Source: an uncultured Actinomycetes bacterium (GTDB lineage Bacteria; Actinomycetota; Acidimicrobiia; IMCC26256; PALSA-555). Taken from it: a stretch of DNA of 64,000 bases. The DNA lies in assembly GCA_963731625.1 (NCBI GenBank), contig CAVSWH010000021.1, positions 96,108 to 160,107 on the forward strand, written 5' to 3'. This document shows positions 45,866-54,799 of this stretch, one piece after another (within the stretch, counting starts at the first letter, position 1; each line of letters begins with the position of its first letter). The notes under the pieces are model-generated. The model was not told the origin of the DNA and ran no database searches. It worked only from the letters and a program-made list of their open reading frames with translations. The position numbers and the translations under genes are program-made.

Positions 45866-45938
45866 GCCGGGATAGCTCAGTCGGCAGAGCAGCTCACTCG
45901 TAATGAGCAGGTCAAGGGTTCGAGTCCCTTTCCCGGCT
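45866..45938 (+). tRNA. tRNA-Thr (anticodon CGT)
   Basis: The 73-nt sequence forms a cloverleaf: GCCGGGA TA GCTC AGTCGGCA GAGC A GCTCA CTCGTAA TGAGC AGGTC AAGGG TTCGAGT CCCTT TCCCGGC T. All stems pair. It lies 16 nt after the holB stop. Confidence 0.9.
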
Positions 45939-46060
45939 CCCAGGCTTTCGCTCTGACGGTTCGCGGCGCGGGCCCGACACGTCACCGTTGCTCATCGTGT
46001 TCCCTCGTCCGCCCCGAGGCTGCCAGACGGTGCCGGGACTCGCCGCGCGTGCCCGGACCG

Positions 46061-46849
46061 CTACATCGTGAATCGGAGGTTGCGAGCCACCTGGTTGCCG
46101 AGCTTGTCGTCGCCGGTCCACTGGATCCGACGGGCGTCGATGACGACCTGCGGGTCGAGTCGACCGCACGCCAGCTGCACGAAGGTGAGGGAGTCGGTCG
46201 TGACCTCGACGTCGGGGCGCTCGAGCGTGTCGACGACCTTCGCCCGGCCCTCAACGGCGACGTAGAAGTCGCGCTGGAGGGGCCCAGTGAGGTGGATGGC
46301 GACGCTGTGGCCGTCCGGCACGCCGACCCGCTTGCCGATGATGTAGCCGAGCGAGCCCGCAACCTCGCCGAGGGCGATCTCGGCACGGCGCCCGGCGTCG
46401 TCGGTGGCCCGACCGAGCGGCGTCGTGATGTCGCGTTCGTGGACCCAGCAGTCGAAGACGCGGATCTTCATGAACCGTCCGTAGGGGTGGGGGCCGACCG
46501 GCGTCCACGAAGGCCGCCCGAGGTCGGCGGTGGTGAGCGCGGCCAGGTTGCGGCGCCGGGCGGCGAAGACGTCTTTCACTTGGGCGGTGAACTCCTCGGC
46601 GCTCGCGATCGCCGTGTCATCGGTGAACGCGCGCGCCGGGGCGAACGAGGGTGGAACGTCGGCGCGCTCGGGTAGCCAGTCCACGAGCACCGCCTCGATG
46701 CTTGCGAAGTGGCTGATTACGGCGCGGCTGTCCCACTCGGGGCACAGGGATTGCGCCGTCCATTCGGCCGGGCTGAGGTCGTCGCAGAGCGCCTCGATGG
46801 CCTCGAAGGACCCCTCCAGCGCGCCCAGGATCGTCGGCAGGTCGTTCAC
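46061..46849 (-). CDS. DinB-fold, mycothiol-dependent maleylpyruvate-isomerase-family protein
   Basis: 262 aa. The N-terminal pattern [23 protein letters not shown]...DCWVHERD is typical of the MDMPI/DinB N-domain, followed by a C-terminal SCP2-like part. Family assignment is from memory. Confidence 0.7.
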   Translation of the reverse strand: MNDLPTILGALEGSFEAIEALCDDLSPAEWTAQSLCPEWDSRAVISHFASIEAVLVDWLPERADVPPSFAPARAFTDDTAIASAEEFTAQVKDVFAARRRNLAALTTADLGRPSWTPVGPHPYGRFMKIRVFDCWVHERDITTPLGRATDDAGRRAEIALGEVAGSLGYIIGKRVGVPDGHSVAIHLTGPLQRDFYVAVEGRAKVVDTLERPDVEVTTDSLTFVQLACGRLDPQVVIDARRIQWTGDDKLGNQVARNLRFTM

Positions 46850-47511
46850 GGCGTTTCCTTTTGGATCGTGACCCAGTCACGAGCATCGACGTAGGGGCGG
46901 AACGTCTCGGCGATCTCGTGGAGGTCTCGGTGCTGCTTCGGCCGCTGGAGCTCGTAGAGGTGCGGGAACGCGAGCCAGCCGGTGACGAGCTCCCACAGCC
47001 GGATGGCGTCGGCGCCGGTCGGGGGCTCGATCAGGACGGGGCCGAAGAGGGCCTGGCTGTCGTCGAAGACCAATGTCGGCACGCCCCACCCGCCGAGGGC
47101 CGTCACCCGGTCGTGATCGGCCTTGACCTCGTCGTGGGTGCTCGGGTCGGCGATCGCGTCCCGAACGACCGCCGGACCGAGGCCGAGCTGCTCGACGAGG
47201 TGCTCGGCGACCTCACGTCGGTGGGGTTTGCGCCCGTCGACGTGCAGCGCGGTGCCCGCGAGCCAGTACCAGCGGTCCAGCAGGTCAGGGTCGAGGCGCC
47301 GCAAGTAGGCGCCAACGCGCATCATCGACCAGCCGTAGGACCAGTCGCGTTCCCATGGGTGCTTCTTCCCGTCCGCTCGGTTGATCTCCTCGAGACTGAA
47401 GAATCGCCAGCGGACCTCGACGCCGAGCTGGTCGCGCACGTCGCGCATCCACAGCGACGTCTGGTACGCCCACGGGCACATGACATCGAAGTGGAAGTCG
47501 ATCACCGTCAT
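46846..47511 (-). CDS. DsbA-like thioredoxin-fold protein with single-Cys CPWA motif
   Basis: ATG 47511 gives [19 protein letters not shown]..., and [10 protein letters not shown] near the C-terminus is the DsbA-like cis-Pro loop context. Its stop overlaps the downstream start by 4 nt. Confidence 0.7.
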   Translation of the reverse strand: MTVIDFHFDVMCPWAYQTSLWMRDVRDQLGVEVRWRFFSLEEINRADGKKHPWERDWSYGWSMMRVGAYLRRLDPDLLDRWYWLAGTALHVDGRKPHRREVAEHLVEQLGLGPAVVRDAIADPSTHDEVKADHDRVTALGGWGVPTLVFDDSQALFGPVLIEPPTGADAIRLWELVTGWLAFPHLYELQRPKQHRDLHEIAETFRPYVDARDWVTIQKETP

Positions 47512-47734
47512 AGTCCGACATGGTGACGCGTCTGGTGACCGGACGACCACCCCGGTCTCGCGGGCGAGCGCGTGCCGTCATCCTGCGGCCGAACGCCATA
47601 GTTCCCGCGGGGGTCGCACGAGGGTGGGGACGCGGGACAGTGAGGGCCCCGCTCGACGATCGGAGACGTCACGTGGCCCGCGCGGTCGCACGCGTGAGCT
47701 GCGAAGGATCGGCGATCGCGATTCGTCGACCTAT

Positions 47735-47771
47735 GCAGGTCAAGGGTTCGAGTCCCTTTCCCGGCTCCCAG
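47735..47771 (+). repeat. copy 2 of the tRNA-Thr 3' part (att-like)
   Basis: 37/37 identical to 45907-45943 (variable loop through ...GGCTCCCAG). The 5' two-thirds of the tRNA are absent. Confidence 0.9.
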
Positions 47772-48073
47772 TCTCGCGACCTGCTACAACGCGCGTCGGA
47801 CTTGGTTCGACGCCCGCTGGGTTCGCTTGCACAGCGCTCAGACAGCGGATCACTCGACCCATAGTTGGCAGGAGACTCGGCTGGGTTCGCTCGCTGCGTT
47901 ACGCTGCGTCACGGAAGGGCGCGGTGGAGTTAGCGACGGGTGCTACCGCTCTTCTGTTGCCGAGTTGGGACGTGTCGGCAAGCCTTGGTAGTGCGCTGGA
48001 GCATCGGTCGGCCGTGCGAGCCGTGTGTGCGAGACTCTGGTGCTCTCTCGGCAGGAAAGTGAGGGGCGGGATC

Positions 48074-51000
48074 ATGTCTTCGTCGGTGACGGCGACGTTC
48101 GTGTTCACGGATCTCGTCGACTCGACCGCGACCGCGGCAGGTCTGGACCACGATGCGGCTGAGGAGCTGCGCCAGACCCATTTTCGGCTACTCCGAGGCG
48201 CCGTGGCGGGGTCGGGCGGTACGGAGGTCAAGAACCTCGGGGACGGGTTGATGGTGATGTACTCGTCGTCGAGCCCCGCGGTGGCGGGCGCGGTGGCGAT
48301 GCAGCAGGCGATCGAGCATCACAACCGCTCGGCCGAACATCCCCTTGGGGTGCGGGTCGGGATGAGTGCCGGAGAGGCGGTCGAGGAAGACGGCGACTAC
48401 TTCGGTGACCCAGTCGTGGAAGCGGCTCGTGTCTGTGCGTTGTGCGACGGTGGCCAGATTGTGGTCACCGAAATCGTGAGGTTGATGGCCGGGCGACGCA
48501 TCACGCATCCGTTCACCGAGTTGGGCGACCACGAGCTAAAGGGTCTTCCGGATCCGGTTCCGTTGTTTGAGGTCGGTTGGGTTCCCGCCGGGGAGATCAC
48601 GGTGGGCATTCCGCTCCCGGATCGCTTGGAGACGGATAGTTCGACCGCTTTGTTCGGGTTCCTCGGACGCCAGCGCGAGAAGATGCAGCTCTTCGACGCG
48701 GTCAAGAGCGCGACAACAGGCAGCCGTCAGGTGGCGTTCTTGTCGGGTGAGCCAGGCATCGGCAAGACGTCGCTGTGTCGACAAGTCGCGCAGCGTGCGC
48801 GCGAACTAGACGTGTGCGTGTTGTACGGGCGATGCGATGAGGATCTCGGGGTCAGCTATCAGCCCTTCGGCGAGGCGCTGTCGCATTTGGCTATCCATGC
48901 CAACGAACAGCTCCTCGAACAACACGTCGCTGACCATGGCGGCGCGCTTCTGGCTCTGGTCCCGGCCCTGTCGAAGCGCCTGCCCGACACGACCGAGATG
49001 CAGAGTGCCGATCCCGATACCCAACGCGAGCGTTTGTTCAACGCGGTGGTGGGTTTGTTGGCAGCCGCGGCGGCCGACCACGGATTGTTGCTGGTGGTCG
49101 ATGACCTGCATTGGGCTGACAAGGCAACGTTGCAGCTGCTCCGTCATGCCGCGACATCACATCAGTTGGCCAAGGTGATGATCCTCGGCACGTATCGGGA
49201 CTCCGACCTCTCAGCGAATAACCCGTTGTCCGACGTGTTGGCCAGCTTGCGCCGCGAGGGCGACGTGCAGCGCATCGACCTCGTCGGTCTCGATGACCTC
49301 GAAGTCATCGAGATGATGGAGGCCGCCGCTGGCCACGAGATGCCGGAAGAGGGCGTCGCGCTGGGCCACGCCGTGCGGCAAGAGACCGAAGGCAATCCGT
49401 TCTTCACTGCGGAGATGCTCATACACCTCGGTGAATCGGGGCTCGTTCGCCAAGACGAGACCGGCCGCTGGGTCGCGACCGACGACCTGTACGAACAAGG
49501 ACTGCCTCAGAGTGTCCGCGAGGTGGTTGGCCAGCGCATCGACCGGCTCGGCGACGAGCACCGCCGAGTCTTGTCGCAGGCAGCCGTGATCGGCCGCGAC
49601 TTCGACGTCGAACTCCTCGCGATGGTGGCCGACATCGACGAGGACCACCTGCTCGATCTTCTCGACCAGGCGGGCGCCGCCGGTCTCGTGACCGAGGTCG
49701 AGGGCGCGGTCGACCGATTCAGTTTCACCCACGCTCTGACCCAACACACGCTCTACGACGATCTCGGCGCCAGTCGGCGCGCCCGCGCTCATCGCAGGAT
49801 TGCCGAAGCGCTCGAAACGCTGTGCGGCGCTACGCCACAAGCACGGGCCGGGGAGTTGGCGCGGCACTTCGTTGGCGCGACCAAGGCCGCCGACATCGCT
49901 AAAGCGCTCGAGTACACGCAAATGGCTGGCAATCAGGCGCTCGCCCAGCTCGCCCCCGCCGACGCGCTCGGCTGGTTCGCCCAAGCCCTCGACCTCCACG
50001 GTCAGTCCCCGTCCGACGGGGTCGTCCAGTGCGATCTGCTCATCGGGCTGGGCACAGCGCAACGGCAAACCGGCGACCCCGCGCACCGTGAAACGCTGCT
50101 CCAAGCGGCGAACATCGCCAAGAGCCTCGGAGACACCGAGCGCCTCGTACAAGCCGCGCTGGCGGGCAGCCGCGGCGGCAGTGCCAGCAGGGCCGGACAG
50201 GTGGACAGCGAGCGTGTCGCGGTACTGGAAGACGTGCTGGATGCCATCGGCACCGACGACAGCGAAATCCGAGCTCGTCTCCTCGCGATGCTTGCCGTCG
50301 AGCTGTCGTACAGCGGTCAACGTGAACGCATCGCCGCACTTATCAACGAGAGCATGACCGTGGCGCGCCGCCTCGACGATCCGCTCGCGTTCCTACGGGC
50401 CGCCAGCGCCTACGGCGCCATTACACTTCCCGAGAACCTTGATGCGCGGCTGGTCGACCTCGCGGAGGCCTTGTCGACCGCGGCGGCCATTGGGGACCCG
50501 AGCGCGAGCTTTGACGCAAACTACAGTCGAGCGCTCGCATGCTTCCAGGCGGGGAACCGAGCCGCGCTTGAAGCCCACCTCGATGCGTGCGCGTCGCTTG
50601 CTGAGCAGCTCGACCGACGCTTGGAGCGCTGGATGGTCACCGGAACGCGCTCAGAGCTGTGCGTGATCTCCGGTGATCTCGACGCCGCCGAAGAGCTCGC
50701 GAACGACGCGTTGACGGTCGGGGCCGACAGCGTCCCCGAAGCGCTCACTACCTGGGGTGGCCTGCTCCTCGAGATCCGGGACGTGCAGGGTCGGTTGGGA
50801 GAGATGGTCGAGGTCCTCGAGCAAGCTGCCGTCGAGAATCCCGGCCTTCCGATCCTGCGCGCTGCGCTCGGCCGCACCTACTGCGAACTCGATCGCCCCG
50901 CCGACGCGCTTGCCCTCATCCAGGCCGACGTCAACGACAAGTTCGCAAAGTTCGAATACGACAACGCTTGGCTCACCGCCATGGCTCTCATGGCGGACGT

Positions 51001-51370
51001 CTGCGTCCAACTCGAACAGCACGACGTCCTGCCGCTGCTGTACGAGCAGTTGGGTGCGTGGCATGCCCAATGGACTGCGCTCGGCCCGGCTGCACGAGGT
51101 CCAGTGGCGCTCTATCTCGCGATGCTCGCTGGCGCACTCGATGACTACGACCGCGCTGAACGGCACTTCAATCAGGCGTTCGACATGAGCCAAAACCTAG
51201 AGGCCCCCTACTGGACCGCTCGTACCCAATACGAGTGGGCCAAGGTGCTCCGAAGACGCCATGAGGACACCGACGAACCCCGCGCGGCGAAATTGCTGAC
51301 GAGCGCGACCAATGCTTCAAACCAGTACGGTTTCACCGCCCTGGCGCAACGCGCCGACTCGCTTCTCTAA
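48074..51370 (+). CDS. class III adenylate/guanylate cyclase domain + P-loop STAND-type NTPase + TPR-like helical repeats
   Basis: ATG 48074 is preceded by GGAAAGTGAGGGG. The 1098-aa product has a cyclase domain (FVFTDLVDST...GDGLMVMY...VRVGMSAGEA...GDPVVEAAR), Walker A GEPGIGKTS, Walker B LLLVVDDLHWAD, and about 600 aa of helical repeats. There is no C-terminal HTH. The 5' 231 codons of track ORF 47381..51370 run across att copy 2 and are not coding. Confidence 0.85.
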   Translation: MSSSVTATFVFTDLVDSTATAAGLDHDAAEELRQTHFRLLRGAVAGSGGTEVKNLGDGLMVMYSSSSPAVAGAVAMQQAIEHHNRSAEHPLGVRVGMSAGEAVEEDGDYFGDPVVEAARVCALCDGGQIVVTEIVRLMAGRRITHPFTELGDHELKGLPDPVPLFEVGWVPAGEITVGIPLPDRLETDSSTALFGFLGRQREKMQLFDAVKSATTGSRQVAFLSGEPGIGKTSLCRQVAQRARELDVCVLYGRCDEDLGVSYQPFGEALSHLAIHANEQLLEQHVADHGGALLALVPALSKRLPDTTEMQSADPDTQRERLFNAVVGLLAAAAADHGLLLVVDDLHWADKATLQLLRHAATSHQLAKVMILGTYRDSDLSANNPLSDVLASLRREGDVQRIDLVGLDDLEVIEMMEAAAGHEMPEEGVALGHAVRQETEGNPFFTAEMLIHLGESGLVRQDETGRWVATDDLYEQGLPQSVREVVGQRIDRLGDEHRRVLSQAAVIGRDFDVELLAMVADIDEDHLLDLLDQAGAAGLVTEVEGAVDRFSFTHALTQHTLYDDLGASRRARAHRRIAEALETLCGATPQARAGELARHFVGATKAADIAKALEYTQMAGNQALAQLAPADALGWFAQALDLHGQSPSDGVVQCDLLIGLGTAQRQTGDPAHRETLLQAANIAKSLGDTERLVQAALAGSRGGSASRAGQVDSERVAVLEDVLDAIGTDDSEIRARLLAMLAVELSYSGQRERIAALINESMTVARRLDDPLAFLRAASAYGAITLPENLDARLVDLAEALSTAAAIGDPSASFDANYSRALACFQAGNRAALEAHLDACASLAEQLDRRLERWMVTGTRSELCVISGDLDAAEELANDALTVGADSVPEALTTWGGLLLEIRDVQGRLGEMVEVLEQAAVENPGLPILRAALGRTYCELDRPADALALIQADVNDKFAKFEYDNAWLTAMALMADVCVQLEQHDVLPLLYEQLGAWHAQWTALGPAARGPVALYLAMLAGALDDYDRAERHFNQAFDMSQNLEAPYWTARTQYEWAKVLRRRHEDTDEPRAAKLLTSATNASNQYGFTALAQRADSLL

Positions 51371-51653
51371 GCAACCCACCGCCACCCACCGAATTCTCAT
51401 GCGGGTATCCAAGGTTGCGGCGTCGGTGACGCACACCGACCCTTCCGTTCACCTCGGTCGCCTCTCGCCGGGTCCGCCGTTTCGAGCCCCGTGTCTCTCC
51501 TGGTGTGGTCATTCGAAGAGCGGTCGAGAGCACTCGACCCCCGAACCCGCAGCCGTGAGCCGCCACAGCAGATAACTCGGTCGCCGTCGCTCGGCCGGCA
51601 TCGGCCTGCCACGGCGCATCGCGGCCGGTAGTACATCGCTGGCTGTTGGATTG

Positions 51654-51699
51654 CTCGTAATGAGCAGGTCAAGGGTTCGAGTCTCTTTCCCGGCTCCCA
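51654..51699 (+). repeat. copy 3 of the tRNA-Thr 3' part (att-like, starts in the anticodon loop)
   Basis: 45/46 identical to 45897-45942. The single mismatch is at 51684. Confidence 0.9.
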
Positions 51700-52086
51700 A
51701 CGTCATGACCAGCGCGTTCGCGATGCAGCGTCACGCGATCGGGTGACGAACGCCGAGCACAGCACTCGTACAGCGGCTCATGTGTCGCGCGGCCCCCCCT
51801 GCGTTTGTCGCTACGTCGGCTCCGGGGGTGCGATCACGTCGATTGGTACGGCGGTGGCGTATTCGACGTTGACCCGCAACGTCGCCCCGACGGGCAGCGC
51901 AGTGGAGTCGTCTTCTTCGATCAGGTCGTTTCGCTCGGTGTTCGTGGAGCCGGCGGGTACGGGAAGCTGTGCGCTGGTACCAGCACGTCGTTGGGGTGCA
52001 ACCCGCGAACGAGACCGCGAACTCGTGTGCCCTGACCGCGACGGGGAATGACAGCCTCGACGCGAACAATCCGCTGCTTGGCGCGC

Positions 52087-52107
52087 TCGAGTCCCTTCCC
52101 GGCTCCA
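52087..52107 (+). repeat. copy 4 of the tRNA-Thr 3' part (short, degenerate)
   Basis: tcgagtcccttcccggctcca matches 45920-45942 except for two single-base deletions. It is supported by the conserved box at the same downstream offset as the other copies. Confidence 0.6.
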
Positions 52108-52470
52108 ACGACGGCGACCGGCGACGACGCGCAGTTGGTTGGCGGGCCGCACAGCTAGCCGGGTGGCGCAGCGCTCGTTGAGCAGATCAGTCGATTACCC
52201 GCGACCACGTGAGCGATGTGGGGTATCGCCCTGCTCGAGATAGTTGAGGTTTGGTTTCGACCCGACGTGGGGTGTCGAGCCAACGGGCGGACGGCTCTGC
52301 AACTCGGCGTGCGCTCCGCATGCCCTACGGATCCACGTCTGCGGTCCGACCGGCCGCCCGGACCTGTTTAGCCGGCCTTCATCTAGGATGGCGCCACGTC
52401 GTGAAGGTCGAAGCGTGGGTTGACGAGGGCGCAGCGATCCACCTCCGCCAGTGCAACGAATGGATGCAGG

Positions 52471-52929
52471 ATGACCGGTGACCCGCTCGATCAGCTCGGA
52501 CCCGTCGATTTCATCATTGTCGAGTTCCCTGAAGGAGAACGTAACTTCACGGGGGAGGCAGCCAACGAGTTGGTCGCGCTCGTCGAGGCGGGGTCTATCC
52601 GTGTTATCGACGTTCTGATCCTCATGAAGGACCAGGACGGCACCGTTGAGGCCATGGAGTTGTCCGACCTCGATGACCTCGGACCATTCGAGGCGCTCGA
52701 GGTCGAGCTCGCCGAGTTCCTTGCCGAAGATGACGTCGAACACCTCGCTGCCGCGATGGATCCCGGAAGTGTCGCTGGTGTCCTCGTCTACGAGAATGTG
52801 TGGGCCGCGCCGTTCGCGTCGGCCGTCCGCCGTGCGGGCGGCCAGTTGATCGCGAATGGCCGCATTTCCCCCCAGGCGATCATCGCCGCCCTGGAGGCGG
52901 ACGAAGCGCTCGAATCAAAAGGAGCCTGA
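52471..52929 (+). CDS. DUF6325-like protein
   Basis: ATG 52471 gives MTGDPLDQLGPVDFIIVEFPEGERNFTGEAANELVALVEAGSIRVIDVLILMKDQDGTVEAMEL... This matches my memory of the actinobacterial DUF6325 pattern (GPVEYIVVEFPG...F.GEI...L..LV..G.IRIIDL). Confidence 0.6.
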   Translation: MTGDPLDQLGPVDFIIVEFPEGERNFTGEAANELVALVEAGSIRVIDVLILMKDQDGTVEAMELSDLDDLGPFEALEVELAEFLAEDDVEHLAAAMDPGSVAGVLVYENVWAAPFASAVRRAGGQLIANGRISPQAIIAALEADEALESKGA

Positions 52930-52930
52930 C

Positions 52931-53095
52931 ATGCCACTTGGACCCGGACGTCGAGGACGAGTCGGAGTGGTCCGCGCGCCCGTAGCGAAGGCCGCCGTCG
53001 TGACCAGAGCCGTCACCCCTGGGCCTTCGCCCGTTGCAAAGGCAGCAGTCGTTGGTGCAGCCGTGACACCTGGCCGGCGTCGCCGGCGAATTTGA
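52931..53095 (+). CDS. small Ala/Val/Gly-rich protein with internal duplication
   Basis: ATG lies 1 nt after the upstream stop. The 54-aa product contains VAKAAVVTRAVTPG and VAKAAVVGAAVTPG, encoded by DNA that differs mostly at synonymous positions. This suggests selection on the peptide. Confidence 0.4.
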   Translation: MPLGPGRRGRVGVVRAPVAKAAVVTRAVTPGPSPVAKAAVVGAAVTPGRRRRRI

Positions 53096-53149
53096 GTTCG
53101 CCCCTAATGTCCGGGCGCGAGGGGACACCCACTATGAGTCGATCCGCTT

Positions 53150-53345
53150 GTCCCGCAAATTCACCAACCCACATCCACGACCCACGCACTTCGCGCTGAT
53201 CGAGCCGACACGATCCTTCGGGCTGCGAAGGAAGTGAATGCCGACCTCATCGTGGTCGGCATAAGCGCGTTGAAGGCATAGGCCGATTCCTCGGAAGCGT
53301 GCCAAAAAACGTCGCCCACGCGTGGAAGCAGAGGCTCTTCCAAGC
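53150..53345 (+). pseudogene. universal stress protein (UspA-type) C-terminal remnant, frameshifted
   Basis: One frame reads ...HALRADRADTILRAAKEVNADLIVVGISALKA then stops (TAG 53279-53281). The next frame continues GIGRFLGSVPKNVAHA... Together these give the USP pattern (ADLIVVG...LGSV...V.HA). The N-terminal half is absent and the C-terminus is degenerate. Confidence 0.45.
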
Positions 53346-53578
53346 CGCACCCGGTCTCTCCCTGGGCGTGCCCGTCGAGTTCGTTGCCTCCGCTTGGGCG
53401 CGTCGCTCTGAGGGGCCATCGCGGCTTCGTAATGGCTCGACGACAGCCGTACCCGGCTCGGGTGTCCACAGGACCGCATCGCGCGCCGCAGGTCATTGCG
53501 AAGGTCTGCGGCTTCGTTCACGACCGCGGTCACGGTGTCCAAGGCTCGCGGCGCGTGATGCCAGGCTGAGGACGCTCA

Positions 53579-54310
53579 GTGACCAAAACGTCCCGAGGAG
53601 GCCTCGTGAATTCGAGCCGGCAAGGTACGCCTGAAGTGCCGCGAACGCCGCGCGCCGCCGCGGTCGCCGGCATCGTGTTCGCACTCTTGTTCGGCGCCGT
53701 CGCCGTCGCATTTCACCTCGCGGTGCCCGCGAGTCCCAATGCCGCAGGAGCCTGGCTCACAAATTCGTCGCAGCGCAACGCCGTGCATGTGGCACTCAAC
53801 CTCGTGCCGTTCTGTGGCGTCGCATTCCTGTGGTTCATGGGTGTCGTGCGCACCCAGATCGGCGACGCCGAGGACAAGTTCTTCGCCACCGTCTATCTCG
53901 GCAGCGGCCTGCTCTTCGTCGCGATGCTGTTTGTGATGGCAGCGCTTGGTGGCGGGCTGCTTTCGGAGGCGGCTCGCCACCACGGCGCGGTGCCCCTCGA
54001 TGTGTGGGAGTTCGGCCGCCCCACGACCTACAGCCTCCTGAGCAACTTCGGTATTCGAATGGCCGGCGTCTTCATTATCTCGACATCAGCAATCGGTCTT
54101 CGCGTCGGTCTTATCGCCCAACGTTGGTTCGCTCGAGGCGGCTTCCTGATCGGGCTGTTCCTCGTCCTCGTCGCCAGCTCCATCCCATGGATTGAGCTGC
54201 TCTTCCCTGCCTGGGTCCTGTTCCTGAGCGTCGACCTGCTCATCCGCACTCTGACGGACCCAGACCGACTTGGCCGGCCAATTCACCCCGTCAGCCCTCC
54301 GATGGCATGA
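53579..54310 (+). CDS. integral membrane protein (about six hydrophobic segments), unknown function
   Basis: 243 aa with a basic N-terminus and then repeated hydrophobic helices (AAVAGIVFALLFGAVAVAF..., LVPFCGVAFLWFMGVV, VYLGSGLLFVAMLFVMAAL...). I recognise no family. Confidence 0.6.
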   Translation: MTKTSRGGLVNSSRQGTPEVPRTPRAAAVAGIVFALLFGAVAVAFHLAVPASPNAAGAWLTNSSQRNAVHVALNLVPFCGVAFLWFMGVVRTQIGDAEDKFFATVYLGSGLLFVAMLFVMAALGGGLLSEAARHHGAVPLDVWEFGRPTTYSLLSNFGIRMAGVFIISTSAIGLRVGLIAQRWFARGGFLIGLFLVLVASSIPWIELLFPAWVLFLSVDLLIRTLTDPDRLGRPIHPVSPPMA

Positions 54311-54459
54311 CCGGCGTGTCGCGCCACAGTGGATTTGTGGAACCTCGAGCCGCTCTCCAGCGGATCACTCGGATGCCCGTCGCTCATCCGTGATCGGCAT
54401 TCCGCCGGGGCGTGGCGGCGGTCAGCACAGCGCTCGGCGCTGGGACCGTTCCTAAATAT

Positions 54460-54495
54460 GCAGGTCAAGGGTTCGAGTCCCGTTGCCGGCTCCCC
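54460..54495 (+). repeat. copy 5 of the tRNA-Thr 3' part (att-like)
   Basis: 33/36 identical to 45907-45942. It has the same left junction TATG|CAGG as copy 2. Confidence 0.85.
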
Positions 54496-54799
54496 GCCTC
54501 GTCTGATGAGCGACGACGCGCCTCGCGAAGTACCGCCGTCGGCAGGCTCCTTCGCCCAGCGCTCTCACAGGCGAATTAGTCGTCCCCGATGTCCGTGCTT
54601 GCGTGGTCGGACCCCTGATTCACTGCGGTGCGGATAGCGAAGGAGAGGGCAGTCGGCAGAGCTGCCAACCAGGCGACCTTCTGCGCGGCCGTGGACGACG
54701 GCCAACGGCGTCACAGCCGGCCGGTGGAGGCAGCCGCGAAATACGTCCCCTAGTCTGGCTCGCGTGGCGTCGTAGCCACTCGATCGCGAGGGGATTGCC

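Noticed and set aside
46846-47511. In-window selenoprotein candidates (DsbA-like CPWA; also Trx-like 20480..21334 and IscA-like 19418..19774)
   Set aside because: All redox-motif positions are encoded by TGC/TGT or are non-Cys residues. No in-frame TGA splits these or neighbouring ORFs.
47381-48073. 5' extension of the cyclase ORF (231 extra codons)
   Set aside because: It reads straight through att copy 2 and the end of the DsbA-like gene on the opposite strand and has Arg/Ser/Thr-rich noise composition. ATG 48074 has a good SD.
51624-51699. A second full-length tRNA-Thr gene at att copy 3
   Set aside because: A GCCGGTA 5' strand sits at the right distance and could pair 6/7 with TCCCGGC. 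However, the D-arm and the 5' half of the anticodon stem do not pair (GATTG versus the required GCTCA). At best it is a decayed tRNA; I treat it as a 46-bp att-like copy.
52195-52743. 182-aa minus-strand ORF
   Set aside because: It is antisense to the DUF6325-like gene, which has the recognisable family pattern. The minus-strand product has no motif, and its 3' part runs through non-coding DNA.
53132-53542. 136-aa minus-strand ORF as a possible recombinase or excisionase remnant
   Set aside because: It has no recombinase motifs (no R..HxxR..Y pattern and no serine-recombinase N-terminus). It largely overlaps the USP fossil on the other strand and is Arg-rich.
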